IMG/VR virus record: IMGVR_UViG_3300023202_000061 | Source of the DNA: a virus | Lineage: Duplodnaviria > Heunggongvirae > Uroviricota > Caudoviricetes | Length of the DNA: 64,000 nucleotides | Strand: one strand, 5' to 3' | Position numbers and translations under genes: made by a program | Notes under the pieces: model-generated | Seen by the model: only the letters and a program-made list of their open reading frames with translations | Databases searched by the model: none | Told to the model about the DNA's origin: nothing | In this document: in pieces, positions 1-8,747 of the stretch | How the letters are laid out: each line of letters starts with the position of its first letter | Position numbering within the stretch: position 1 is the first letter of the stretch

Positions 1-63
1 GACGGAGCACGGCGTGACCCTGCTCTGGGGAGAGAAGCTCAAGAAACAAATTCAAGACCTTAA
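1..63 (+). CDS. 3' end of an upstream gene (partial, enters window in frame, stop TAA 61-63)
   Basis: open frame from window start to TAA. Confidence 0.3.
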   Translation, partial: DGARRDPALGREAQETNSRP

Positions 64-65
64 AA

Positions 66-659
66 GTGAAGCTTATCAGCTCAAGAAAAAACTCAAATCA
101 AATGGAAAATGATCTGAGAAAAGAACTAGAGCATATGGTCGCCGAGATAAACAAGACCATGTTTGATCGTTTCTATGAAAAACCTCTAGGCAAAACATAT
201 CCTTTAAAAATGTCAGAATCCGAACCAAAAGAATTAGACAACTTCACTGCTGACCAAAAAAACGTCTTGTTACGGGCTCAAAATGGCGGTGTTGTATCCA
301 AATCATATGGCTTGGCTGGCCTTGGTTTGATGCAGGCTACAGAAAACGGATGGATACTTACAGAGGCGGGTGAGAAAACATCCTCTGCTGTTGAGTCCAT
401 GATAAAGTTTAGAAAAGCTGCCAAAGAAGGCTCCGAAGAGGTTCTGAACTATAGACAACAATCTGATAATTGGAAAACAAGATACGAATCAGCAGAAGAT
501 TTAAGACAAAAAAATTGGGATAGGATGCAACTTGCTCATGCCATCTTTGAAGATATCCAGTGGTGTAAAGATGGTTACTGTCCCGATTGCGGAAATTTAG
601 AAGACGAAGGTCACAGCGACAACTGTCGTATACAACAATATTTCAACGAGTACGGATGA
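66..659 (+). CDS. hypothetical protein (GTG start; alternative ATG at 102)
   Basis: 197-aa ORF in track, no recognisable motif. Confidence 0.45.
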   Translation: MKLISSRKNSNQMENDLRKELEHMVAEINKTMFDRFYEKPLGKTYPLKMSESEPKELDNFTADQKNVLLRAQNGGVVSKSYGLAGLGLMQATENGWILTEAGEKTSSAVESMIKFRKAAKEGSEEVLNYRQQSDNWKTRYESAEDLRQKNWDRMQLAHAIFEDIQWCKDGYCPDCGNLEDEGHSDNCRIQQYFNEYG

Positions 660-919
660 ATCTAAAGAAAATCGTAGGTGCTAACCTAAACAAACCGCCC
701 ATCAAAGTAAAACACGCAGACCTGGAAAAGCTGCACGAAGACTCTAGATTTAAAGTTGTTTGTCCAAAATGCGAGGCGGGGCTGCTGGGCGTTCATAGAA
801 ACAAAGACTTCACACTTTCGCGACATGATCGCTGCGTGATGTGTGCGCAAACTTTCACATACATCGATGATAAGATTGATGGAGAGAAACTGGAAGAAAT
901 GAAAGAGGATACCAAATGA
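656..919 (+). CDS. hypothetical small Zn-ribbon protein (CPKC...CVMC)
   Basis: ATGA overlap with upstream stop; two CxxC pairs. Confidence 0.45.
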   Translation: MNLKKIVGANLNKPPIKVKHADLEKLHEDSRFKVVCPKCEAGLLGVHRNKDFTLSRHDRCVMCAQTFTYIDDKIDGEKLEEMKEDTK

Positions 920-1521
920 CAGATACTATGATTGGCGGGGCAAAAGTACATGTTACAGAGGTAACTTCCGTACCCTGCCCTTGGGACTTGAGAACGAAAG
1001 AGGGCGCTGTCTCTTTCTCTGAGGCTATTCTTCAAGGAGCAAGAATGACTCTAGAGAAAGAGGGAAGAGTTACTATTGTGGCTTTTGTTATGGCAACCAC
1101 CGATCCTAATGGTAAGAAGTTTGATCAGCCGGTCCCTCTTCTCGTCCCTCAGTCGGCCTCTCCTGATGGATCTAAAGACGGACTCTCCTGGCTCGTCAAA
1201 ACTCTTGCAGAACAAACTAGGGCTGTTGGAGTGCTGTTTGTATCTGAAACTTGGATGCTTGAGATGAGCGGAAAGTCGCAAGCAGAGTACCATAGAGAAA
1301 GAGCTAAGTACGAAGACCTCGGAGATCATCCTGACTCAACAGAGTGGGTGTATGCTCATCTTGAACACACAGCTGTAAATGTACTTTGGCGTGGACCAAT
1401 CTCCCGCACAGAAGATGGAAAACCAGTCCTTGGTGAATATGAAAAACGAGATGGATATGAGATGTCTGGCCGATTTTCAGGACTTCATCACAACTTCGAC
1501 TCTGATCAAAGCTTGAACTAG
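916..1521 (+). CDS. hypothetical protein
   Basis: 201-aa ORF, ATGA overlap with upstream gene. Confidence 0.5.
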   Translation: MTDTMIGGAKVHVTEVTSVPCPWDLRTKEGAVSFSEAILQGARMTLEKEGRVTIVAFVMATTDPNGKKFDQPVPLLVPQSASPDGSKDGLSWLVKTLAEQTRAVGVLFVSETWMLEMSGKSQAEYHRERAKYEDLGDHPDSTEWVYAHLEHTAVNVLWRGPISRTEDGKPVLGEYEKRDGYEMSGRFSGLHHNFDSDQSLN

Positions 1522-1528
1522 GTTCATT

Positions 1529-1855
1529 GTGCTTACAAGAGAACAAGCCGAAGAGCGCAGGCGTCAACTTATTTCAGAAGAAGAAGCAAATGGAGAGGTA
1601 TCTTGGTGGTGGCTCTCCTTTGCTACTGAAGATGGATTTCGTGGCGTAGCAATTGTTAAAGCCAAAGGTTTTGCATCTGCTCATCTTGCAACATCTGTTC
1701 TTGGAATCAATCCTGGTGGTCAGATACAGGGTTTAGAATTCAATCTTCCAGAGCACGTTAACACTTTCATTGAAAAATACTCAAATAGGCTTCTTAATAA
1801 AGAGGAATGTAAAGAGTTCGATGATGGCATGGATAAACTGATGAAGGCAAACTAA
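1529..1855 (+). CDS. hypothetical protein (GTG start)
   Basis: 108-aa ORF. Confidence 0.4.
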   Translation: MLTREQAEERRRQLISEEEANGEVSWWWLSFATEDGFRGVAIVKAKGFASAHLATSVLGINPGGQIQGLEFNLPEHVNTFIEKYSNRLLNKEECKEFDDGMDKLMKAN

Positions 1856-2049
1856 TGGAAAGTGTCACGGTTGTACAGGATAGTGTCGATCCTAAAGGCA
1901 CTATCAAAAGACTTCGTAAACGGATCTCTCAACAAAACGATAGAATCGAAGCCCTGAATAAGAAGAATGAAACCCTGAAGTTGGGACTGGTGGTTGTAAC
2001 AACAGTATTTGCTGTTCTGTGGATGCTTCTTGGTCATGAACTTTTCTGA
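1855..2049 (+). CDS. small hydrophobic-tail protein
   Basis: 64-aa ORF, C-terminal TM-like segment. Confidence 0.3.
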   Translation: MESVTVVQDSVDPKGTIKRLRKRISQQNDRIEALNKKNETLKLGLVVVTTVFAVLWMLLGHELF

Positions 2050-2647
2050 GCTAGATTCCAAGCTCGACCCCGAAAAAAGGTATCACTTCACTCATCAAGA
2101 TCTGATTCTTTCAGATGAGAGAAAACCAAAACATGGAGGGTTGGGAAAACCATTGGGTCTATGGTACTCTTTTGGTAACGCATGGTCTGAGTGGGTTATT
2201 GGTGAAGAGTACGGTCATGATGGTTACACTCAGCTGTACGAAATAGAGGTTGATGAATCCAGGGTTCTTCAGATCTCTAGTACAGAAGATATCATAAACA
2301 TCGTTAAGACCTACAAAGGAGTTTCAGAGTTTGAAGGAGTGAGTATTCTTCAACATGAGGTTTCCTGGGAGAAAGTTTCTAAAGACTACTCTGGTGTTGA
2401 AATCAATCCATTAAGAAGACATATATGGATGGACCTCAATTTAAGGAAAGCTCTAAATGAAGATAATGGGTGGGCACCTCCACCTATGTTCATCATGATA
2501 TGGGACGTTTCGTCTGGCTGTGTGTGGGATACCTCAATCATCAAGTACAAATTGGTGGCTGTAAATGACAATGATGGTTGGAGGTTCCTCGATGAAAATG
2601 ATGTTGTGGAGTTTGGACCTGGCCCGAATCTTGCTCTAAATGCCTAA
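2036..2647 (+). CDS. hypothetical protein (ATG at 2036 inside track ORF 2009..2647)
   Basis: ORF track; first ATG after the TTG. Confidence 0.5.
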   Translation: MNFSELDSKLDPEKRYHFTHQDLILSDERKPKHGGLGKPLGLWYSFGNAWSEWVIGEEYGHDGYTQLYEIEVDESRVLQISSTEDIINIVKTYKGVSEFEGVSILQHEVSWEKVSKDYSGVEINPLRRHIWMDLNLRKALNEDNGWAPPPMFIMIWDVSSGCVWDTSIIKYKLVAVNDNDGWRFLDENDVVEFGPGPNLALNA

Positions 2648-2730
2648 ATTAGATCAACATAGATCTGGGGTAGCTTTTACAATTTATTTATCGATTACGG
2701 AAAAGATATTCCGTTACCAAAGGAAATATA

Positions 2731-3204
2731 ATGGCTAGAATTGTCAGCATAGCTCCTGCCAGGTGGATTACCAAAGATGGCAGGACACTTTTACCATCTG
2801 ATTTTGATGATGCCCATTTATACAACACAGTTCGTAAGATACGAAGAGATGACTGGCGAAGAGAATGGTTGATTTTTTTAGAGTCAGAAATGATGAGACG
2901 AGGATTGAGAAAAGAACTTAAAATTCTCAAGATAACATATCCAATGATACAAATGAAAATTCTACAAATACCCAAAATACCAAAGAAACTTCTGAGATTA
3001 TTCCACAAGAGAAATCTAAAAGTAGTTGAGACATGTGAAATTCTCTATAACTACCACCTTTGTGAACCTTATTCTCAAACATCTTTATGTGGCAAGACAT
3101 GCTATACAACGGCCGTTCCCATCGAGGATTGGGGAGTGCTTACCAGACCAGAGGAAACCTGGTGCTCTAAATGTGATAGATTACTACAAGAGTCAGAAAG
3201 TTAA
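2731..3204 (+). CDS. hypothetical protein
   Basis: 157-aa ORF. Confidence 0.45.
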   Translation: MARIVSIAPARWITKDGRTLLPSDFDDAHLYNTVRKIRRDDWRREWLIFLESEMMRRGLRKELKILKITYPMIQMKILQIPKIPKKLLRLFHKRNLKVVETCEILYNYHLCEPYSQTSLCGKTCYTTAVPIEDWGVLTRPEETWCSKCDRLLQESES

Positions 3205-3206
3205 AT

Positions 3207-3428
3207 ATGTTCATCAAAGTCATAAGAGCATTTTTCATAATAGCAGGATCCTTTGTTTCAGGGTTCTGCTTTAGTGTATTGATATCTGCTGTTATGGCTT
3301 ACCTGCTCTGGCTGAGCGGACATTCCCTTGAAGATCCACATATAAAAGACATTTGTCAAATGGTTGCTTTGCATTTTGGTATTGCAATAGGAATGTTGTT
3401 CACATCTTTACAGTTTTGGGGAGATTAG
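3207..3428 (+). CDS. small membrane protein
   Basis: 73-aa hydrophobic ORF. Confidence 0.35.
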   Translation: MFIKVIRAFFIIAGSFVSGFCFSVLISAVMAYLLWLSGHSLEDPHIKDICQMVALHFGIAIGMLFTSLQFWGD

Positions 3429-3601
3429 TGTTTGATTCAAAAATAGAAACAATCACTGTTATTACATTTCTCCTCTCACTCATTGGAATGATGTATTGGG
3501 CCATTACAAAGGCAGGCATTGGTTTTTCTATTGGAGTGTTAGCATTTGCTGTGATAACTATTTTTACAGGAATAGTTGTTGAAAAAGAAAAAAGGAAATG
3601 A
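3428..3601 (+). CDS. small membrane protein (GTG start, 57 aa)
   Basis: hydrophobic ORF following the previous stop. Confidence 0.3.
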   Translation: MFDSKIETITVITFLLSLIGMMYWAITKAGIGFSIGVLAFAVITIFTGIVVEKEKRK

Positions 3602-3765
3602 ATATTCTCATAGGTCTTGCCTGGACATTAGCGGCTTGTATTTCTGGTAGTGCTTTCAGGAGGTCTAAAGACAGAACTTATACAATTTTATCTTTCATGT
3701 TGTGTGGGTTGAGCTGTATAGTTGCTTGTCTATATTTCCTAGGTTACATCATTCCGTTTTGACAT
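3598..3765 (+). CDS. small membrane peptide (55 aa, below track cutoff)
   Basis: ATGA overlap with upstream stop; TM-like sequence MNILIGLAWTLAAC... Confidence 0.25.
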
Positions 3766-3790
3766 TAACCGAAAATTGTGGTGATGAGTC

Positions 3791-4078
3791 ATGGAACTAG
3801 AAGATGTCATAAGAAATAAAGCGATTCAAATGCTTCAAGATGGCGCTGATTGGCATGATGTCATTCACTGTCTCATGCAAATTGTCGGACAATGCACCCC
3901 TTTTGATGTAGAGCCTCATTGTGTACGTTCATGTGCTGATCCAAGCAAATGTAGTAATCGGCACAGTTTGGGTCGTGGCAGTTGGCATGCAGGACCTATG
4001 TACGTATGTACGTATTTTGTCGAGGATCATAGGTTTTTAGAGTTTGTTCCCTGCAATGCAGGACTCAGACGAACTTGA
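3791..4078 (+). CDS. hypothetical protein
   Basis: 95-aa ORF. Confidence 0.4.
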   Translation: MELEDVIRNKAIQMLQDGADWHDVIHCLMQIVGQCTPFDVEPHCVRSCADPSKCSNRHSLGRGSWHAGPMYVCTYFVEDHRFLEFVPCNAGLRRT

Positions 4079-5030
4079 TCCAGATGAAGATCTAAGACAT
4101 GCTTGGGAGATTAATGCATTTAATGATCTTGGTTTCATTCTTCTGTATGGATATGTAGAGGAAACCTGTTTCGGTCATGAGAACGAAACAAGAGAAGCTA
4201 CCGGTATAGAGGAAAAACTCTGGTATAGATTCGAGATGTTCACACCAGAGATTGGAACATTACAAATTCCAGATGATATCAACATAGAAGACATTAAGCT
4301 TAGTGATGATAGTCCATTAGATGGTCTTTATGAAACCGCCGCTGATGGGATGTGTGTGTGGTTAAAGAACAGATGGCACCTAGCTTTGTTTGCGCGCCAT
4401 GATGGTAATTGGAAAAGATACTACACAGAAATTTTAGATTTACAGGTATCACTGATGACATTTAGACCAACAGTACTTATTGATTGTGATGGAGTTCTTG
4501 CAGATTTTGATACAATGGTTTTTGACCGTGTCAAATCACAGTACGGAATTAGCGTTGAAGATACCACTATGTGGGATATCTTGGACGATCCTAAATTAGC
4601 AGACCTCAAAGATGAAATCTGGGATTGGATGATTAACACAGAGGGTGTAATCCGTGGTTTGGGCAAATACGATTACGCGGACTCTCTCATTGGTGAGTTG
4701 AGAGAGTTCTGTCATGTAATTTGTGTTACATCAGCTGTGTTTACTGGGAACTTTCCATCTGAACGTGTGTCATGGCTCATGGAAGAGCTAAACTTTGGTC
4801 GTAAGGATATCATGTTGTGTTATCAAAAGGAGCGTATCATTGGAGATGTGCTTGTAGATGATAAACCAGCAAATGTTGAAGCATGGGCTGATGCACACCA
4901 TAAGAATGGCGGTATTCCTGTTTTGTGGCAAACACCAAAAAGACCCCACAAGAGTGAAGACAAACGACTTCTTCACACCGGAGATCCTGCTGTCCTAATC
5001 AGTACGATTAAGAAGCGCTTGGGTCTTTAG
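4056..5030 (+). CDS. HAD-superfamily 5'(3')-deoxyribonucleotidase-like protein
   Basis: motif LIDCDGVLADFD resembles the DMDGVLADF phosphoryl-acceptor motif of NT5C-type nucleotidases. Confidence 0.5.
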   Translation: MQDSDELDPDEDLRHAWEINAFNDLGFILLYGYVEETCFGHENETREATGIEEKLWYRFEMFTPEIGTLQIPDDINIEDIKLSDDSPLDGLYETAADGMCVWLKNRWHLALFARHDGNWKRYYTEILDLQVSLMTFRPTVLIDCDGVLADFDTMVFDRVKSQYGISVEDTTMWDILDDPKLADLKDEIWDWMINTEGVIRGLGKYDYADSLIGELREFCHVICVTSAVFTGNFPSERVSWLMEELNFGRKDIMLCYQKERIIGDVLVDDKPANVEAWADAHHKNGGIPVLWQTPKRPHKSEDKRLLHTGDPAVLISTIKKRLGL

Positions 5031-5223
5031 TTATTGGGAATCCAACTGGGGTTAGCCCTCTACCAACAGGCATAGAACATACCTCACAAATTAGTGGCGA
5101 GTATAACAATTCACAATCAGCCCACTTCACATGCTTTTCAGCATCGAAGCACTTAACGCAAACGTAAGCAAGTTTCTCTCCTCCAAGATCAATGATGATT
5201 GCTTTTTTCATGTCGCCCTCCAT
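5008..5223 (-). CDS. possible small Cys-containing protein on minus strand
   Basis: 71-aa ORF filling a 250-bp gap between + genes. Confidence 0.2.
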   Translation of the reverse strand: MEGDMKKAIIIDLGGEKLAYVCVKCFDAEKHVKWADCELLYSPLICEVCSMPVGRGLTPVGFPITKDPSAS

Positions 5224-5284
5224 CTAAACATATTGGAATATGCATCATGATCTTTTTACATAACCACTCGACTAAAGGGAAACT

Positions 5285-5485
5285 ATGAAAGTTAGATTCT
5301 ATGTAGATGTACCTGAGTACAACCCCAATCCTGAATATCTTGTTGCATACTCTACACCCACTGGTGACCCGTTAAATGGTGATACTAGGTATTCATTTGA
5401 TGTAGACATTCCATTGCATGATTCAATACATCTTGGAGAAACCGAGATGGCGATTAAAGCTGGTACAGAGGACGATACAAACTGA
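5285..5485 (+). CDS. hypothetical protein
   Basis: 66-aa ORF. Confidence 0.35.
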   Translation: MKVRFYVDVPEYNPNPEYLVAYSTPTGDPLNGDTRYSFDVDIPLHDSIHLGETEMAIKAGTEDDTN

Positions 5486-5793
5486 TGTCAAAGAGCAGAA
5501 TCATTGCAATCTTCAGTGGTCAGAACGTACTGCCCGAGCACATCCACGACGACATCCTCTCCATTAAGAAACCAAAAGACTTGACTTTTGTGCGAAAAGA
5601 TGCAATCGTCGCTCTTTGGATGGTCACCATGTCCTTCGGCATTGCTTTAATCCTGTGGTACGGGATTGCACTGTCGAACTCACCGTGGCTATCAATATTG
5701 TCATTAGCAACTGCATTTTACATTTCATTTGTAACGGTTGTTCGCATCATAAGAAAAGAGATACAGGATGGGCTTGAGAAGAACAGTTCATGA
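5485..5793 (+). CDS. membrane protein
   Basis: 102-aa ORF with two TM-like segments. Confidence 0.45.
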   Translation: MSKSRIIAIFSGQNVLPEHIHDDILSIKKPKDLTFVRKDAIVALWMVTMSFGIALILWYGIALSNSPWLSILSLATAFYISFVTVVRIIRKEIQDGLEKNSS

Positions 5794-6088
5794 GTGGGGA
5801 CCAGCAGAAAAACTAACTGACAAATGGTTAGAAGAACATAAACCTCACGGACTTTTACCTTCATATAGACGAACTATTTTTGATGGACGTAAAGGTAAGG
5901 TTTATGAAGAGCATAGGTGCTATCAGTGTAGGGCGGTTGCAAGGAAGTTCATTGAAAATGCCCCCGATGCAAAGACCCTTCCCCCACCACCTAAGAAAAA
6001 GAAGTTTGAAAAGGGAAGCGTAATAAGACAGATAATGGATTTACCGACTTCTACGCTCCAGCAGAATGAAACTTTGGAAATGGATTGA
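5768..6088 (+). CDS. hypothetical protein
   Basis: 106-aa ORF. Confidence 0.4.
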   Translation: MGLRRTVHEWGPAEKLTDKWLEEHKPHGLLPSYRRTIFDGRKGKVYEEHRCYQCRAVARKFIENAPDAKTLPPPPKKKKFEKGSVIRQIMDLPTSTLQQNETLEMD

Positions 6089-6437
6089 GGGTCGTCAAGG
6101 TTCTGGGTACTTCAAACTACCACTTGCATACCTAAACCCATTTTTTGATCTGTACCTAATTAAGTTTCCTAAAGGTTCAGAGATTGGTCTTCACACAGAC
6201 CCTGTTCCTGGCAGAAAGCATTACAGGTTCAATATTGAATTGAAAAAAGCGCGAGGTGGATATTTCAGTGCCGATTACTCTAAGGGAGTTTTCTGGCGCT
6301 TTTGGAATTACGAACCAGAACGATGGCGCTTCGTACTTTTCAGACCAGACATTCAAGTCCACCAAGTATCACTCGTTGGAAGCGGCACAAGATGGGTCCT
6401 TTCCTTCGGATTTACACTAAGTGACCGAAATTGTTGA
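6066..6437 (+). CDS. hypothetical protein
   Basis: 123-aa ORF. Confidence 0.45.
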   Translation: MKLWKWIEGRQGSGYFKLPLAYLNPFFDLYLIKFPKGSEIGLHTDPVPGRKHYRFNIELKKARGGYFSADYSKGVFWRFWNYEPERWRFVLFRPDIQVHQVSLVGSGTRWVLSFGFTLSDRNC

Positions 6438-6563
6438 GAAAGAAAATCCTTGACTTATTGTTGTTTTCACACTAACCTACTAATACTTCATCAAAGAAGT
6501 GTAGGACATGAAGTGTTTCTCTTGTCGAGGGATGCTACCTGACCAAAACCTTTCACAGTGACA

Positions 6564-6608
6564 ACATTCCCAGCGAGGGAATCGTCACAACAACCACGGA
6601 GAGTGATT
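6564..6608 (+). promoter_or_regulatory. conserved 45-nt leader (hairpin TTCCCagcgaGGGAA, then GGAGAG RBS) upstream of the NMNAT-Nudix gene
   Basis: near-identical copy at 8700-8744 upstream of the NAMPT gene. Confidence 0.6.
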
Positions 6609-7703
6609 ATGAGTGATAAACCCAAAGTGGGTGTCTTTATCGGACGCCTTCAACCTGTACATAATGCACATCTCGCCGTCATTCGTTTGGCGTTATCGGA
6701 GATGGATAAATTGGTCATCATTCTTGGCTCTGATTGCCAAGCTAAGACCGTAAAGAACCCATGGACCTCTGCTGAGAGGATGGCGATGTTGAATCGTTGT
6801 CTGACTCCAGAGGAGAGGGAGCGAGTAGCAGTAGTTCCTGCAAAGGATTACCTCTACAATAATAACCTATGGCTTTCTGCTTTGCAGAGTTCACTGTCTC
6901 GCGTCTACTTTATAAGTAGAGCTAGAGGACAAGCAGAGGTTGTATACAAAGAGGACAATACTCGTGATGAGTGGATTGATCTCGATGACTGTGATGTAAC
7001 TCTTTACGGACATGACAAGGATCGTTCAACATTCTACTTGCACCTTTTCCCACAATGGACTTTGAAGGAAACGGGAGAGATTGGAGGGAACATCTCTGCA
7101 ACGCAAGTTCGCGGTATGTTTTTCCATAAAGACTCTCTCGATATTCGTCGTCATGTTCCAGAGCCTGTTTTCGAACAGCTTCACGGAGAGATTGGTACTG
7201 AAGAATATGAGCGTCTTTACCAAGAATATCGTCACATTTCTGAGTACAAGCAGATGTGGTCGAACACTCCGTACCCTGTTTCATTCATTACTACCGACGC
7301 TGTGGTTATCAAGAGCGGTCACGTTCTTGTAGTTAAGCGTCGGGGGTATCCTGGAAAGGGGTTGCTTGCACTTCCTGGCGGGTTCTTGAATCCAAAGGAG
7401 CAAGTAATCAACGGATGTATCCGTGAGCTGAAAGAAGAGACTTGCATTCAGATCCCTAAGGATGAGCTTCAAAAGAGAATTATTGATGAAAAAGTATTCG
7501 ACCACCCTGAAAGATCTCTTCGTGGCCGTACCATTACCCATGCTTTCTGTATTGATTTAGGTTCTGGTACACTGCCTAAAGTAAAGGGTGACGACGATGC
7601 AGAGCATGCTTTCTGGATGCCTATTCGTGATGTTCTGCGTAACGAAGAGCAGTTCTTTGAGGACCACTTTCACATCATCAATTACTTTTGCGTGAGGAGA
7701 TGA
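6609..7703 (+). CDS. nadM: bifunctional NMN adenylyltransferase / Nudix ADP-ribose pyrophosphatase (NadM-Nudix, NatV-like)
   Basis: N-terminal nucleotidyltransferase motif GRLQPVHNAHL; C-terminal Nudix box GGFLNPKEQVINGCIRELKEETCI; ATG at 6609 with GGAGAG RBS. Confidence 0.88.
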   Translation: MSDKPKVGVFIGRLQPVHNAHLAVIRLALSEMDKLVIILGSDCQAKTVKNPWTSAERMAMLNRCLTPEERERVAVVPAKDYLYNNNLWLSALQSSLSRVYFISRARGQAEVVYKEDNTRDEWIDLDDCDVTLYGHDKDRSTFYLHLFPQWTLKETGEIGGNISATQVRGMFFHKDSLDIRRHVPEPVFEQLHGEIGTEEYERLYQEYRHISEYKQMWSNTPYPVSFITTDAVVIKSGHVLVVKRRGYPGKGLLALPGGFLNPKEQVINGCIRELKEETCIQIPKDELQKRIIDEKVFDHPERSLRGRTITHAFCIDLGSGTLPKVKGDDDAEHAFWMPIRDVLRNEEQFFEDHFHIINYFCVRR

Positions 7704-7704
7704 T

Positions 7705-8250
7705 ATGAAAGATGTAAAGTATACATTCTTTTGGGCTGAGCCCACATGTCGTTCCTGTCCATTCTCGCAATGGATGGAGTCTGAATTCATCGTTGATGAT
7801 ATTGCTTACAATGGTGCCGAGCAATACATGATGGCAGGCAAAGCAAGACTTTTTGGTGATGAAGAAACACTTGCTAAGATCATGGGTGCCAAACACCCCG
7901 GACAACAAAAGAAACTTGGCCGTGAGGTCAAGGGTTTTGATCCTGTAAAGTGGGATAAGCACTGTCGTCAAATCGTTCTGAAGGGTAACCTTGCTAAGTT
8001 CACACAGAACAGAGTTCTGAAGAACGCCCTCAAGGATACTATTGGAACCTTTCTGGTAGAATCATCACCCTATGACAAGGTGTGGGGAATTGGAATTGGT
8101 ACATGTGACCCGGATCGTTTGGATCCATCTAAATGGAAAGGTACCAACTATCTCGGTGAGGTACTGACTGTTATTCGAAGGGATCTTTTCAAGGACCCTG
8201 AAGATGAGCAATTCAAGTTTGGTTGGGAGGAGATTGACAATGTGGAGTGA
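7705..8250 (+). CDS. NADAR-family (YbiA-like, DUF1768) protein
   Basis: FFWAEP...AEQYMMAGKARLF...WGIGIG pattern typical of NADAR domains. Confidence 0.7.
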   Translation: MKDVKYTFFWAEPTCRSCPFSQWMESEFIVDDIAYNGAEQYMMAGKARLFGDEETLAKIMGAKHPGQQKKLGREVKGFDPVKWDKHCRQIVLKGNLAKFTQNRVLKNALKDTIGTFLVESSPYDKVWGIGIGTCDPDRLDPSKWKGTNYLGEVLTVIRRDLFKDPEDEQFKFGWEEIDNVE

Positions 8251-8351
8251 TGTAAAAGCGGTGGAGTCATCTAACAAAGATGTTCTCAAGTATGTCTTTG
8301 AAAAGGACAATGCTGTAGCTGAGTCGGTACTTTACAAGTATCCAACCTCAT

Positions 8352-8747
8352 AATAGAACTGGCCATGGAAAAGTTGGGGTACAATCTTTTATCACATTAA
8401 AAACAATGCAAAAAGAAGAGGTATACCATTTGAAATAACAGCTGAACAGATTAGTGATCTTTTTGAAAAGCAAATGGAAAGTGCTTAATATCTGGAGTTG
8501 ATATTGTTTTAGTTAAAAACTATAGAGACAATAACAAAAACAATACAGCGTCTTTAGATAGAATCGATAATTCAAAAGGATACACAATTGACAATATTCA
8601 ATGGGTTCATAAAGTGGTAAACATCATGAAAAACAAATTAACCGCTGAAGAACTTCTGACATGGTGTCAGAAAATAGTTAAAAACCAAAACAAGTCTCAA
8701 CATTCCCAGGGAGGGAATCGAGACAACAACACGGAGAGTGTAACATG
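8352..8747 (+). pseudogene. degraded HNH homing endonuclease (frameshifted fragments)
   Basis: frame A ...NNAKRRGIPFEITAEQISDLFEKQ stops at 8476; a second frame gives NGKCLISGVDIVLVKNYRDNNKNNTASLDRIDNSKGYTIDNIQWVHKVVNIMKNK, the HNH_3 C-terminus also seen in the 61294 gene. Confidence 0.55.
8700..8744 (+). promoter_or_regulatory. second copy of the conserved 45-nt leader, upstream of NAMPT
   Basis: ACATTCCCAGGGAGGGAATCGAGACAACAACACGGAGAGTGTAAC matches 6564-6608 at about 39 of 45 positions. Confidence 0.6.
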